A DNA stretch of 64,000 bases, from positions 79,298,001 to 79,362,000 of the forward strand of contig OZ296650.1 of the NCBI GenBank assembly GCA_965655095.1, given 5' to 3'. Below the pieces are notes generated by a model, which was given only the letters and a program-made list of their open reading frames with translations, was not told the origin of the DNA and searched no databases. This document shows positions 37,291-49,500 of this stretch, one piece after another (position 1 is the first letter of the stretch; each line of letters begins with the position of its first letter). The DNA is from Haplodiscus bocki. Taxonomy: Eukaryota. The position numbers and the translations under genes are program-made.

Positions 37291-38884
37291 AAAATCACTA
37301 TTGGAAACGACCTTGACGTAACGCTCGCAAATTCTATTGGTTGGAGTGAGTATCTTTTGGTTTGAAATTTTCAAAAAACTCCAGCAGTACACAACTCATT
37401 TATTCAGAGCCAGTATAAAAGCCCCTGGGATGAAATCATCTGAGAGAGCTCCGTTCCAGACACAGCCACAAGTTTGACTTCTTCTGCCCATATGGAGGTT
37501 CAACTTCAGACAAAAGTTTCAATAAAAACGTCACAGGAAACGGTACATTTGAAGTTGGAAAATTGACAGGCTTCCAGTGGGAATTGATTACGAGTCAGCC
37601 ATATTTTGATGGTCCAACTCGCTCCTCACCTGTGATAGAGCGAACAGCCGGTGATGCCAATGAGATGTAGCATGTTTTCGCAGGTGCAATACCCTATATG
37701 CCGCTCCCAGTGGGTCCGGATTGGATGGCCACTTTCAGTCTGCCGTCTGCCAGAGACCGTTCCAGTCACAATGGCGACATTCCGTTGCACATGACAACAG
37801 AGGGAATTGCTTCTTAAGTGATGGAACTTTTGGATTCAGCGACATCCTTCGCCCATTTTTGGGAGGGCTTCGTCAATTCAAGAAAGGCAGGCAATCATTT
37901 AAGGCCATTGACCATGGCTTTGACACGATAGTTCACTCAGGGCTTACACCCTCAATTCTTCTTGTACAACGGTCTCCTCTTCAGCGTTTCCTTCACAAAT
38001 TTGTCAGTAGAATTTCAATATTTTCAAGCAAAGACTATTCGCGGAAGAAAGGGCTTCAAAAATCTGGTAATCGTAGTGGAATTAGTTTTTGTCACAATTG
38101 CGAAGAAATTCTGTGTTGGTCGGGTTTCAAAATGTCTGGAGAATCGGGAAAACTACTTCCCCTTAAAAATTTTCCCTAAAAACCCGTCTCTTTTTCGGGT
38201 GGTAGGGGGGGGGGGGTGGGTGGTTTCCGATGGAGTGCAAGAGGGCTGGAGTTCGTCTTCGACATTCACCAGGTCTTCAAATTGTCGGTCAGCTTGCGGA
38301 ACCTTTGATCGAACACCGTTTAATTTCAAAGTCACTTCCATTTATTTTTTTTGAACGAGTTGCAGTTGTTTCCAACAGTGGGTTTTCGCTAGACATCGCG
38401 TGCATTGTTTCCATCTACATATGACGCTTAATTGAAGTTACTTCCGAAATTTATCTCTAAGTCTGTGGAAACTTTATCCACTTGACACCGTTGGCATCAA
38501 TATTCGGTTCAAATCACGTAATCTCATCATAATATCTATTTAATTTCAATCATCTTCGCAGTTTAACTGCGAAATAAGTCTAGCTGATAAAATTTCCAAA
38601 AAAAATTTATTTTAGCCCCAAAAATGTCAGAAGTTTTATCTTTTGTTGATGGGGTTATGCAAAAAAGCGGTCTTGAAATTGTGTCTGTTTGTAATAGGTT
38701 GTTTTGCTGGCGCAGTTGGTGAAGAGGTGGTGAACTTTTACACTACCTTAAAGTAGGTAGCCCTCACTTCAATAACTGCTTTGTGTAAAACAATCACTTG
38801 AGATCAAAGTACCGAGACAGCCTCCGCAAGTCTGTGGGAGGATTATCTCACCCATTGAAGGATTGCAAGAATCCTGGGACCCGT

Positions 38885-40460
38885 CGCGAACCATAAAAAT
38901 CCATATACGACTAACCTATTTGGTAATTTTGGACTAGCACGATGCCGGTTCCAGGAACAAAACCAACGAATTTCAAATCGAAAACTTCCAAAAAGGAGCT
39001 TCCGATTCGGACCTTGACAGAACAAGATGAGCCAAGGTAAATGACTTTGAAGCTGAGTTGAATCAAAATTAATGGCCAATGCGCAAACGTTGCCTATTTC
39101 AAAACGCCAACAGAAAAACTGATGGTTTTCGAATGGGCATTCATCCAAAATCAAAACGTTTACCGCGACCTAGATGGTAGCAGTCAGGCAAAATGGTACT
39201 CCGAAACATGAAAAAAGCCAAAAAGTTCGATTAAATGGCGTTTTTGGTAAATTTGTACAACCACGAATCCGGTTTCCGTCACGATATCGAAAGCTCGTCC
39301 AAGAAGAAGCTGCTGATTGAGATCTCGACGGAAAAAATCAAGCCAAAAATTCAAGAATTATATGAATTCGAACATCGAGATGAGTCTATCAATAGCAATG
39401 AAGCAGTTTTTGGCTAATTCGAAAATTAAGGAACCAACGCAATACCTTACCGATTTGGTAGTCCCCAAGTAACAACTTGCTCTTTAAGACCTTGATCGAA
39501 GCATTTGGGCCAACATTTGATGGGAAACCCGAATTTTCAAAAGGCGATAATTCACAATAAAGAACGTTTCTGGTACTTTTGGACCAACACGATTCCGGTT
39601 CTGTGAAAAAACTTGACTTTCCGAACGAAAAATTTTTCACAAAAACTGCTGATTGAGCTCTTGATGGAACAAATGAAGCCAATAGTTATGGAGATATGAA
39701 ATTAAAGAAAGATGAGTCAAAATGATTGGGGAAGTTTGTGGCTACTTCCAACGACAATGCTTATAACCAGAGCAAAACCGATGGTTTCTCAAATGCTAAG
39801 CCCTCCACAAAGCATTGTTGTTGACTGAGACCTTGATCGAAGCATTCAGGTCTGTTACTGCGATTGAATGATCATATCGAATAATTAAAAAAGCTTTTCT
39901 TGAAAAAATTTGACTGGCACGATTCCGGTTCCTGAAAACAGCCGACTACCTTCCGCCCGAATACCCCTCCACAAAAAATGATGCTGATTGAGACCTTGAT
40001 GGAACAAATCCAGCCAAAATATTTGGATAAATATGATGTAGAAGACCGAAAATCTTCATTGAATACAGCATACCAGGTCCTGGCAGTCTCTGACCACAAG
40101 GATTCCAACGAAAGGAGTGAAATCAGAGTTTTTATATTCGAATGGTCCTCTGCAATTACGAAACTGCTTATTAAGACCTTCATGGAAGAAATCAAGTGAC
40201 TACTCATGGTCAAAAATGAATTTCAATATCGTGTTAAATCAATACTAATACCAGTTTTTGGTAACTTCAGACCATCGAGATTCCTACGAAGGGAACAAAA
40301 TCAAAATTTTTAACAAAGCCCTCCAAAATGAAAAATTGCCGAATCAGAGGTTGATGCATGTTGTAAAACCCATAGTTATGAAGAGAAGGAATTTGAACGT
40401 CGAGATGAGTCAAAATAAAGAGCAATTTTCCCACGCAGAGGACCAACTCGAGTTTTTTTA
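38885..40460 (+). repeat. Satellite family 1, distal block on the far side of the Polinton remnant
   Basis: Same motifs in the same orientation, e.g. 'ttgactgagaccttgatcgaagcattcagg' (~39821) and 'ctgattgagaccttgatggaacaaatccagcc' (~39984). Confidence 0.85.
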
Positions 40461-41205
40461 AGCAGCGTAGTGATCGTCAAGTAGAAGGCTCTCGAATGAG
40501 ACCTCGACCATTTAAAATATTTCTGTAGGTTTGGTGAGTAGTGAGTTTCAACATGAAAGAAAATTAAGGCCAGATAATAAGTCTGCTAAGTGTACAAAAG
40601 TATCTGGAAACCTTTTTAAACAGTGGCCGGTAGAAGGATTCTAACGCACTTTTCGGCCACCTTACCTCTGTGATCTCGCGTTCTTGTATTATTCAAGCCA
40701 CTAACTTCTCCAACGCGAAGTCTGCGCGTCATAGACAGATTCAGAAAAATGAAAACTAGAACATTTTGGAGAACACTTTTTCGAAAAAAAAGTATCTTTT
40801 TGGACTTTGAGAAAAATTTTCGGCAGGGTTATCAAAACTGTATTCTACGTGTCCAGCGGAACAATATGGGATATATGTTTTTTCGAAAATTACGCACTTG
40901 ACGGAGTCAGAATTGGCTAATCTCGGAGAAAAAAGTTTACAGAGAATATTTTCCTTTCGTCATATATTACGACGGCAAATAATAGCAGGGACCATTCCGG
41001 TTGACTTTAGCGATCAGCTTCGCCCAGTAGGTCAGTTGTGAGGACGTTTGCTAAGTGAGGAAAAGAAAAAAGTAAAATCTATAGGAATAAAGTTTCACTT
41101 AATGCCTAAAAAATTTTACAAATACCGAAAAAGTTTAAATTAAATTGTCCATAATACAAAAATATGTAAGGAACACTGTTAAAATCCAAGACAGATACAA
41201 TTATT

Positions 41206-41946
41206 TCACTGAATCTTACGACCATCAGGTGCATAGAGACTATTTTTGGCAATAATTTTTTGTGAAGTCCTTCCAGTGGATTTGTTAGGTGCACTTGTAC
41301 CAGTTATACTTTCCGATTTTAAAGGCTTATTGATAGACTTTTCGGGGCCAAGAGATGCAACACAATTCCATTTCTGAAAATAATTCTGCTGATACAATTT
41401 AACGTTCCCATTTCCACTTGACACAGCTAACATAGTACCAAAGGCATTCCAGCAAACACGAAATGATGCTCCTGGACAGGTACTGACAACTGTCTCCGAC
41501 GAGAATGTATATTTAGATACAAAATCATTTGCTTTCTGTTGTTGACTGAGCGACAAATTAGATCGATCAAAAGGCAGCTCTATACGCAGAACTGTGACGT
41601 CACTGGTTGCTATGGCCAACAGGTGGTATCTTCTACCAAAGGAGGGAGCAAATGCAACTTCATGTACGACTTCAGGCTCCATAATTTCAATTAGAACATC
41701 GTTGACACGAACCCAATCAAAGTCTCTTTTATCATCGCTCACAGATGCAGCTACAGGATTGAAAACCAATTCAAAAAGTCCAAATCTTTCTGTTTTTTCT
41801 GCCGACCTCGATCCGTTTGCACCGATTGCCAATAAAGTAGGCAGCGTGTTCACGCTACTCCACGATATTGTGCTGAGAGTGCAAAGTTTGAGAGCCTTGA
41901 TTTTTGAGTGCTGCTTCCACACTGTCAGATTGAAAGGGGACGTTGC
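41206..41946 (-). CDS. SEH1L: Nucleoporin SEH1 (WD40 beta-propeller; Nup107-160/Y-complex and GATOR2 subunit), terminal coding exon only
   Basis: VHEVAFAPSFGRRYHLLAIATSDV and FRVCWNAFGTMLAVSSGNGNVKLYQQNYFQKWNCV match SEH1 ([58 protein letters not shown]). The frame is open back to an acceptor 'ctaattttgattag|GCA' at 41946, giving ATSPFNLTVW, equivalent to SEH1 (YE)APDVMNLSQW. The intron is phase 0. Confidence 0.92.
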   Translation of the reverse strand, partial: ATSPFNLTVWKQHSKIKALKLCTLSTISWSSVNTLPTLLAIGANGSRSAEKTERFGLFELVFNPVAASVSDDKRDFDWVRVNDVLIEIMEPEVVHEVAFAPSFGRRYHLLAIATSDVTVLRIELPFDRSNLSLSQQQKANDFVSKYTFSSETVVSTCPGASFRVCWNAFGTMLAVSSGNGNVKLYQQNYFQKWNCVASLGPEKSINKPLKSESITGTSAPNKSTGRTSQKIIAKNSLYAPDGRKIQ

Positions 41947-43221
41947 CTAATCAAAATTAGAATAGGAATAAATATAGATATTTCAAAGATATTTCAGCGA
42001 CGCAAATGAAGAAAGGCATTGACTAGTCCCCACCGACGAAACTGCTTCATTGATTCTCGTGAAGCTTTCACTATAGCAAAATTTTTAAAAAAATGCACTG
42101 AAAACAAAAGGAAAAAACAGCAACTCAAAAAACCCATCAAAACACTATTCAAATTAGGCGTTGGATGGTTGCAATCCAAACGATAGTCTTTGAAAAAAAA
42201 ACAAGTTTGAACAAAAACTCGAACTTCAAAAAATTCCGCCAGCGAAGCAACAAAAACGACATCTCAGCTACCCCGTAGATTCTCTATACTTTGCTCTTTT
42301 CAATGAGCTGGAGAACGTTGCATTTTAGCCAGTAGAATCTTCGAGAATATGAATTTTGAAAAAAAAGACCAATGAAACGGAAGCCACATGCTTCACCGCA
42401 AAATTCCCGTACTGCTGATATTTCAATCAGCACTGGATGACCAAAATCTAAACAGTAGTCTTGGTGAAAAACGACAACCAAGCAGGACGCAAGTAAAACT
42501 CTCAAATTACTAGCGGCAAAGTCAAAATACTTCTTGTGTAGAGTATGAAACCAGTGTCTCCTTTTTCGCTAATTCTCTGTAATGACCGTTTACCAACGAG
42601 CACTGAATGACCGTAATCTAAGCAGTTATCTTCGGAAAAAACACGATGTTTTGGAAATTAAAACTAAAAGAAATTTTCGATTGAGATGCATGTAAGGAAA
42701 TATACCGGACTCGACAGGATCCCCATATTACAGTATTTCGAATGAGTACTCGATAGCTGCAATCCAACCGGTAGTCATTGAAACAAACCAAAAGCTACAT
42801 TCAGTCTTTTCGATTCCTGAAATGGGAGAATTAATACTTTTTCAGATGGACAATTTATTCACGCTGCTTCAGAGGTAATAAATTATTTTACTAACCCAGC
42901 TTGTCTGAGCAGGCAAGTAATTGATCATACAGCTTACCAAAGACGCATGAAAAAAAAACAGCTACTAACAAAGTTCACCCCATTGCTGCTCATCTTGTGC
43001 GAGAAAGTAAGCATGAATACATAAAACTTGCTTGCGCAAGTTTAACACAGAGCCGAGGTGGCGCTTGGCAAAGCAGGCAACATGATAGAAGCTAATAATG
43101 AAGCTTTATCGGTCAAGAGTGTTCAATCAAATCACTTTCGGATAATTAATTAATCTGAGATTAATCGGATAATTTCATTATAAAAACTGTAAAAAGATAG
43201 TTTCCTTGAAAAAATTTGAAA

Positions 43222-44155
43222 ATGGAGATACCTGGCTTCAACGAGACTTATCCAGCTAGAAGCAGTTGCAATAACATTGGAGAACCACTTTAGAATGCAA
43301 CATTTGCGCTAAGCATCTAATTCCTGAAGTCTAAATTGAAATGTTCACTGAAAATTCATGAAAATGCGGATCCGTGGCTTTCCGATTTTCGAACTGCTGG
43401 TGGCTGAATTCAAAGTCAGTTAAAGAAGCCAGATCAATATTTATTTTATACAAGCCCGTCTAGAAAGCATGGATAAATTAAAAACTAAGCCTTCCAGCGG
43501 TACCATTTTCATTCTGCCAATCTCTCCTCATTTTCCAAGAACATATTTCTCAGAGGCGAAGCTGGGCTTAGCATACACCAGCGGTGAAACGGAGCAAGGG
43601 CATAGACTAATTGACAGCCAACCGACGAAAATGGTTTGTGGTAGATCTCAAAATGAAAAACTTGAAAAACAGTCCATTGAAGATGCAATGGAAAAATATT
43701 TATATAAAATAGGACCATCTAGCTACCACGCCTATTTCTTATAAAAGGAGATTTGGAATGAGCAGTGGATGTCGGCAATCCAACCAAAAGTCAACGAGAA
43801 AACAACTTTGAAAAACGGAAATACAAAACTTTCCAATCTCCAAAACAAGTTCGAATATTGCATGCGAGAATTATAGAACGCACTACAGAAACAAGTCGGT
43901 CTTCTTGCAGATTCCCAATCTTGCAGGGTTTTGGAAGAGCACTGGATGCCCGCAATCCAACCAGTTTCCCGAAAAACAAGATCACCGAAAGTCGTAAGAT
44001 GAAATACCAAATTTCGCAAAGAAATGGCACATTCCAACTTCACCGCACATTCTCCATATTTTGAACTTCTAAAGGAGTACTGACGGACCGCAATCCAAGA
44101 AAAACAGATTCGAAAAAGTTCCACATTCAAACAGCAAGTCGAAAAATCCATGTGA
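43222..44155 (+). pseudogene. Possible decayed TIR-domain protein followed by three short peptide repeats
   Basis: ATG at 43222. Translation through stops and one frameshift gives ..KIHENADPWL..LKKPDQYLFY../..SSGTIFILPISPHFPRTYFSEAKLGLAY..HRLI..MEKYL, resembling TIR (D..WV; IxVLSPxFxxSxWCxxELxxA; LI). Three W..AIQ-type repeats follow. The match is weak. Confidence 0.35.
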
Positions 44156-46799
44156 CAGATATGAAAGAGGACAACCCGGCTTCTTCAACTTCGCCTTGCT
44201 GCAGGCTGTTCAGTTAGCACTGGAAGACCACATCCCAGGGAAAAGTATTAGAGAAAACAAGTTTTGACGACGCAAAGAATTAATTTTCCGAAATTCAAAA
44301 CTACAAGCAAGAAGCGGATCGGGAAAGCAGTTGACGATTTTATTATACAAAGCTTCATATTCGCAAAAGTAACGCAGAGCCAAAGCAGAGGTCTGCGAAA
44401 CCGGCCATATAATTCCGTATTTTATTCGAATTTGTACTGTGTGGACATAATCGGACCAACGAATTCCCCAGAAAAATCTTCGGACAAAGAGCAAAATAAA
44501 AACATGTTTGCTTTTCAACTACAAGATATTTGCAACAACGGATGAAAATCGAAATACGCTGCTCGATTTTCCAAACGGCGAGTAATGAATTCTAAAATAG
44601 ATAATCCCTATCCAGGTAATATTGTTAATTTGCGCCATAATCATAAAATGTGGGACCAAACTCTTCCACTAAAACGGCTGAAATCGAACGTTTTTTTACC
44701 CGTTTGCCACTTGTGTTCACGTTTTTACCCATGTTCGTTCACGTTTCTGAACGTGAAATTTTTTTTCAGCAACTTGTTGCAAATTTGCCGTTGAATGCAA
44801 CTGCATTAGTAAGATTTCTCGAAACGTTCGAAATTTTGGCTTTTTTCGAAAAAAAAAGGTTTTTCACAAAACTTGATTTTTTCAAAATCGCTAGAAGTAG
44901 CAAATTTGCTGTAGAATGCGTATCAAATGGTATTATTGCATAAAAATGTCTTTTCCGCCCTAATTATGAGATTATTTGGCAAAAAATCAGAAAAGGCGCA
45001 AAATATGCCGGCGGCAGCCGGCCGTCTTGTTCATAATCTTTTCCGAACACATATTTCTGCAAACAGGTAATATAAATATCGAAATTTACACTGAAATATT
45101 TCCGGATACTGTATGAAAATGGAAATACGAGCTTTTCCAAGAGAATTTGCGAACAATGAGTACTCGAATTAAAAGTGGATGATTGCAATGGGATCAACAT
45201 TCAATAAAATCACGTCCGAAAAAAAGCTCAGGCAAATTACTGACTACCCAGTTGAGTGGTCCTATATTTTTATTTCGTCTTCCTAATCTAGTGTCTTTTT
45301 AAAAGCGCCGAAAATGATGCAGTGTCCTAACACCGACACTCCAGAATTGCAATAGCAGTTAAAGCGAACACAGGCAGCAACACTTTCGCTATCAGTGCGA
45401 ACTGTCTACGGCCAGACAAAAAAAACGCGAATCGGTGATAATAGGGTTTCTGTGCACTCATTCAAGTTTTGAAACTTGAAAAATTTCGAGTTTTACAGAC
45501 TCGCATCTTGGTCAACGGGGTGAAAGTTCAAAAAGGACAAAAGAAATATTCTCAGTTTGAACGTTCAACTTTCAAATGTGGAACTTGATTGTCGAACAAA
45601 TGCATCTCGGCGATTATTTGTATTTTGGATGAGAAAATTAAATTTCAATCACTTTCAAATCATTGATTATGAAAACAACTTTCTGCACGTTAGGCCTGAT
45701 TGACCTAGCGCTGCTTCAAAGTTTTGTTAACTTAAAATCGACTGCTGTCCATATACCCTCATTCGATAGCTTCCTATGTTTTCTGCAGTCTTTTGATTTT
45801 CCCTGACTAGAACAATTTAAGGACTAGAACATTTGAAGATGCCGGTCTTTGTTGCACACTGATGACCACACTTGCAGTTGTCACAACCGACCAGCCCTTG
45901 AGACTCCATACCACGTGTTCTTACTAGAAGCAATATGCAGCAGCAGCGGGTCTTCCGAACCACCGCAATGAGAAAAACTGAAAATCCCAAGGAAGGGAGC
46001 CTGTCGTCAGAGACTTGACAGACAAAGCTAATGAAAAGACCTTTTTTTTCATTTCCCACCAATTTTTCAAAAATCCAAAACTTGTCCAGGTTACTTGAGC
46101 TAAAGAAATTACGCGAAGCAAAAAAAAAAGTTGAAGACACTCGGTCAGTTCTGAAATACATATTTAGAAAAACTGCTTCACGGTAACAAAAAAACAATAG
46201 TTTTTTCCAAGAATCGAAGCAGCTACTTTTCTAGATTTCATGCACAACTGGGTCTCACTTGTGGCACTACGTTGATCTTCAAGAAGGGAACACAAAATAT
46301 AGTCAGGTGCCTTTTTAATCGATACTTAATTGCAAAAAAAATTCAGACGAATCGAACAAAACCACTGAAAACTTATATCCACGCATCTGAAACGTCAAAA
46401 ACATAGTCCTAAGCACAACTAATTATCAAGCAACATCAAGATTGTAGGTAGAATATGCGAAACTGTACTCAGAGTAGAAGCTCAGTGGTAGTGTATTATC
46501 CTTGAGATCGAAAATAGATGCGTAGTGGTTAAAAGGAAGTATGTATATCCGCTTAGGAAAAAGTTACAATATCAATGATTCATCATCGTCAAGAATTTAT
46601 TACTGGTCAAAACACCTTAGTTTGTAGGAGGCAAGTGGCAGCGGAACCGGCCATTCAACGCACAAAAATGACAACACATCGAAGTTTGCACGCGACAACG
46701 AACATTCCTCCAGAAGCAGCCTCGCAGCAGTTGGCCCGAAAACACAAAGCAATCAGCCTCCAAAAAGACTATTTGGCAATAGGAATCCGTGGACAATAC

Positions 46800-49500
46800 A
46801 CCTCGAGTGGGGCAGCAAAATAAACTGTAGAAATCTTGGGGAACGTAGGTTCGGGCAATTCTCAAACTCACTTCTCACGATAAACTCAAAACATAGTCTC
46901 GGTATCTACTCAAAAAGGCATTCTCAAAAACACGCAGAAAAGCATGAAAACTACCATGTATTGTGTGATTCCTTATCGAATAAGAGTACACAAAAAAAGT
47001 TTTATGTTAGATTAGCCCTGGAGGCACAGAACACAACTTCCCAAAACTCTTAAGTGATTGCTCACGGTATTACGAACACAGCAATAACTAGAGTGTATCA
47101 AATTTAAAACAGCTGACTTCGGGATCCGAGTTCCGTCCTCTCTCAAATTCCTCACAATAATGAACAAAATAACATAACAAGAGTGTAGCTATTTGTAATC
47201 ATATCAGACATCCGGATCAGAAGATTATCGTCTCCCGAAAAAAACCGTCAAGAAAATAGCCACAGAAAGTTTGCAAATTGGCATGTATTGTGTGTTCCGC
47301 TTACAAAAGAGGAGCACATAATCATGATTTACGCTGAGGGGAAAAATTCTAGAAACCTTGGGGAACGTAGCTTCAAGCAACTCTGCAACTCAATTCGCAC
47401 AATCAATAAACCAAAAACAAAACCAACTTCTATAGCGTAACGAGTTGCAAGTACTTTAGTCTCAGCATTCATTCAAAAAGATGACCGTCAAAACAACAAA
47501 AACCGATACAAAGCGAAGGCTTCACAACACATGCTGACCATTAAAAAGGAACAATCCCAGCCATGAACTCTGATGTACACTTAACCGGAGATCCTGAAAG
47601 TTATTTGATACCATGACTGCACACTTTTCACTTTTATAATTGTCAATCAAGCGTTTGTTCGAAATTAATTGTCAATCAAGCGTTTTTTCGTAAAACATTA
47701 AAACAAGTTGACCATGAAAAACAACTAAACATGTTTTCATTTTGGAGCTATCAAAATTGCTGATATTAGCAAACAACATATGTGAAAACTCTTGCTTCGC
47801 TTCTCAAAATTCGAAATTATGAATCTTGTTTCAAAAGTAATTCCTTCACAGTATTGCCAAAATAACAAATAACTAGAGCCTAGCCAGTTGAAAGCACCTG
47901 ACTTCGGGATCAGATCCTGTCGTCTCCTCAACAACACAAGCGTCAAGAACCTTCCCGAGAAAGTATGGAAAATATCATTTAGTGTGTTTACTTGTCGAAC
48001 GAAGAGGACATAAAAATATTTTACGCTCATTTAGCTCTCAAATCAGAGTTCAATAGATGCTGAGAGCAAAAATTTATACACTTGGGGGGGGGGGGACGCA
48101 GCTTAAGGCAACTTCGAAATCATTTCTCTCAAAGATCTAACTTGCAAAGTTCCGAATTCCGAGAATTCATTAGGATCCTAGTCCCAGATTTAACCAAACC
48201 GGCAGTTTTCAAGAAAATATCTGCAGAAATTACCATGAATCATAAAATAACTTATCCAAAGAAGAGCACACAGAAAACTTCACGCTCAATTAGCCCTCAA
48301 AGCAACGCTCAAAAGACTCCGAGAGCAAAACTTTGAAGAAACATTTTGGGAATGTAGTCGACAACAATTTCAACTCATTATTAACGGTACAACGAACACA
48401 AAACGAAACAATGCACTTCGCAACACATTCTAACTTGTCAGTTGAAATAACAGATCCCAATATCCATTTGAAACTATGATCGGAGATAAGACTCACACGT
48501 TTAGAGATCCTACACCAGCTGCCAATGAAAATCGAGACATGCAAAAGTCCCATCGAGACAAGTAACTGTCACAGGGTCTGATACTCGAAAATTTCATACG
48601 TCAATCATATCCTTTCAGGTTTTTCAGGTTACGCCATTTTGCTGCCAAACGTTTAGAAAGTTTGACGATAAAAAACAAAAAAAAATGAGCGAGTACCTAC
48701 CACATATTCAAAAACTGATATGTCAACCAAGTAGTCTTTTCAAGTTCCGCAACTTGCCTCCCAATGTTAGAAAAGTCTGCACAGCAAAAAAAACGCGAAA
48801 ATCAAGAATACTCAAAAAATGAATGTATCAATCATATTTTTCAGGTTACGTCATTTTGATGGCCTTTGTTCAAGTAGTTTGCACAGTAAAGAGAACGCGA
48901 AAAGAAAAAGTACCTGCCAATGAAAGGCCGTTTGTGACGGTTTACACTAGATGATTAGACATTCTGACGTTAGAATCGCAAATTTTGGACAGAGTCAAAA
49001 ACTGAGTACAAGCCGGTTTCCAATACAAACTCTTCCTTTTAGCCAGAACGTGTATTAACTGAAACGTATTTTGTTGAAAGAACTTCGGACTTTGGGATCA
49101 GAAACCAGACGTCTCCACCCCCCCCCCCCCCCAAAAAAAAAACAATCTTCAAGAAGTAGCTGCAGAAAGTACGTAATTTACCATGTAGTGTGTGATTACT
49201 TTTCACAAGAAGAGCATATGAACATTTTTTGCTGCACTAGCCTTCCAAGCAAAGCTCCAGGGACTCTTAGAGCAAAACTCTGGAAACAAGTCGGGAACGC
49301 AGCATCCAAAAACTTTCATTTATCCTCAAGGCATAACGAACACAAACAGAGCATGGCCACTAAGGAAAATCTCAAACTTCAGGACTCAGAGTCCAGTCAT
49401 CACACAAAAATACAATGATCAAGAATTAGGCAGAGAAAAGTATTCAAATAACAATGAACGGTGCGATAACATTCCCAAAGAGGCGCCTACAAACAAGTTT
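46800..49500 (+). repeat. Degenerate monomeric relics of satellite family 2
   Basis: Diverged 'taccatgtattgtgtgattcc...acacaaa...ttacgctc..ttagccct...gggaacgtagcttc' at ~46952, 47281, 48231 and 49179, interrupted by unrelated sequence. Confidence 0.7.

Larger units (their letters stand above)
29350..38880. mobile_element. Degenerate, truncated Polinton/Maverick (adintovirus-like endogenous viral element)
   Basis: Co-located pseudogenes for a major capsid protein, an adenain-type protease and a protein-primed PolB, plus unknown ORFs on both strands. Flanked on both sides by satellite 1. No terminal inverted repeats, integrase or packaging ATPase recognised. Confidence 0.85.

Noticed and set aside
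38195-38225. G-rich tract (also the G run at ~48083 and C run at ~49117) as functional G-quadruplexes
   Set aside because: These are simple homopolymer runs prone to slippage and sequencing error, with no supporting context.
38700-38880. Possible Polinton terminal inverted repeat near the right junction
   Set aside because: No AG/AGT-repeat terminus and no matching inverted sequence at the left junction (~29350).
40620-40735. Short inverted repeat GTGGCCG...CGGCCAC with a B-box-like GTTAGAATCC on the minus strand
   Set aside because: Single, weak occurrence with no cloverleaf. A decayed SINE cannot be supported from this window.
42966-43090. Minus-strand peptide FAKRHLG resembling SEH1 FAPKHMG as a candidate upstream exon
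   Set aside because: The flanking residues do not match (no LATCSxDGxVRIYE), and there is no appropriately placed phase-0 donor.
44640-45240. Probable interspersed repeat with internal 'aaatttgc.gt.gaatgc' duplication and 60-97 aa ORFs
   Set aside because: Single occurrence in the window with no definable termini. The ORFs are low-complexity, so no family can be assigned.
46475-46540. tRNA A-box-like 'AGCTCAGTGGTAG'
   Set aside because: No B-box/T-arm or acceptor stem could be formed.
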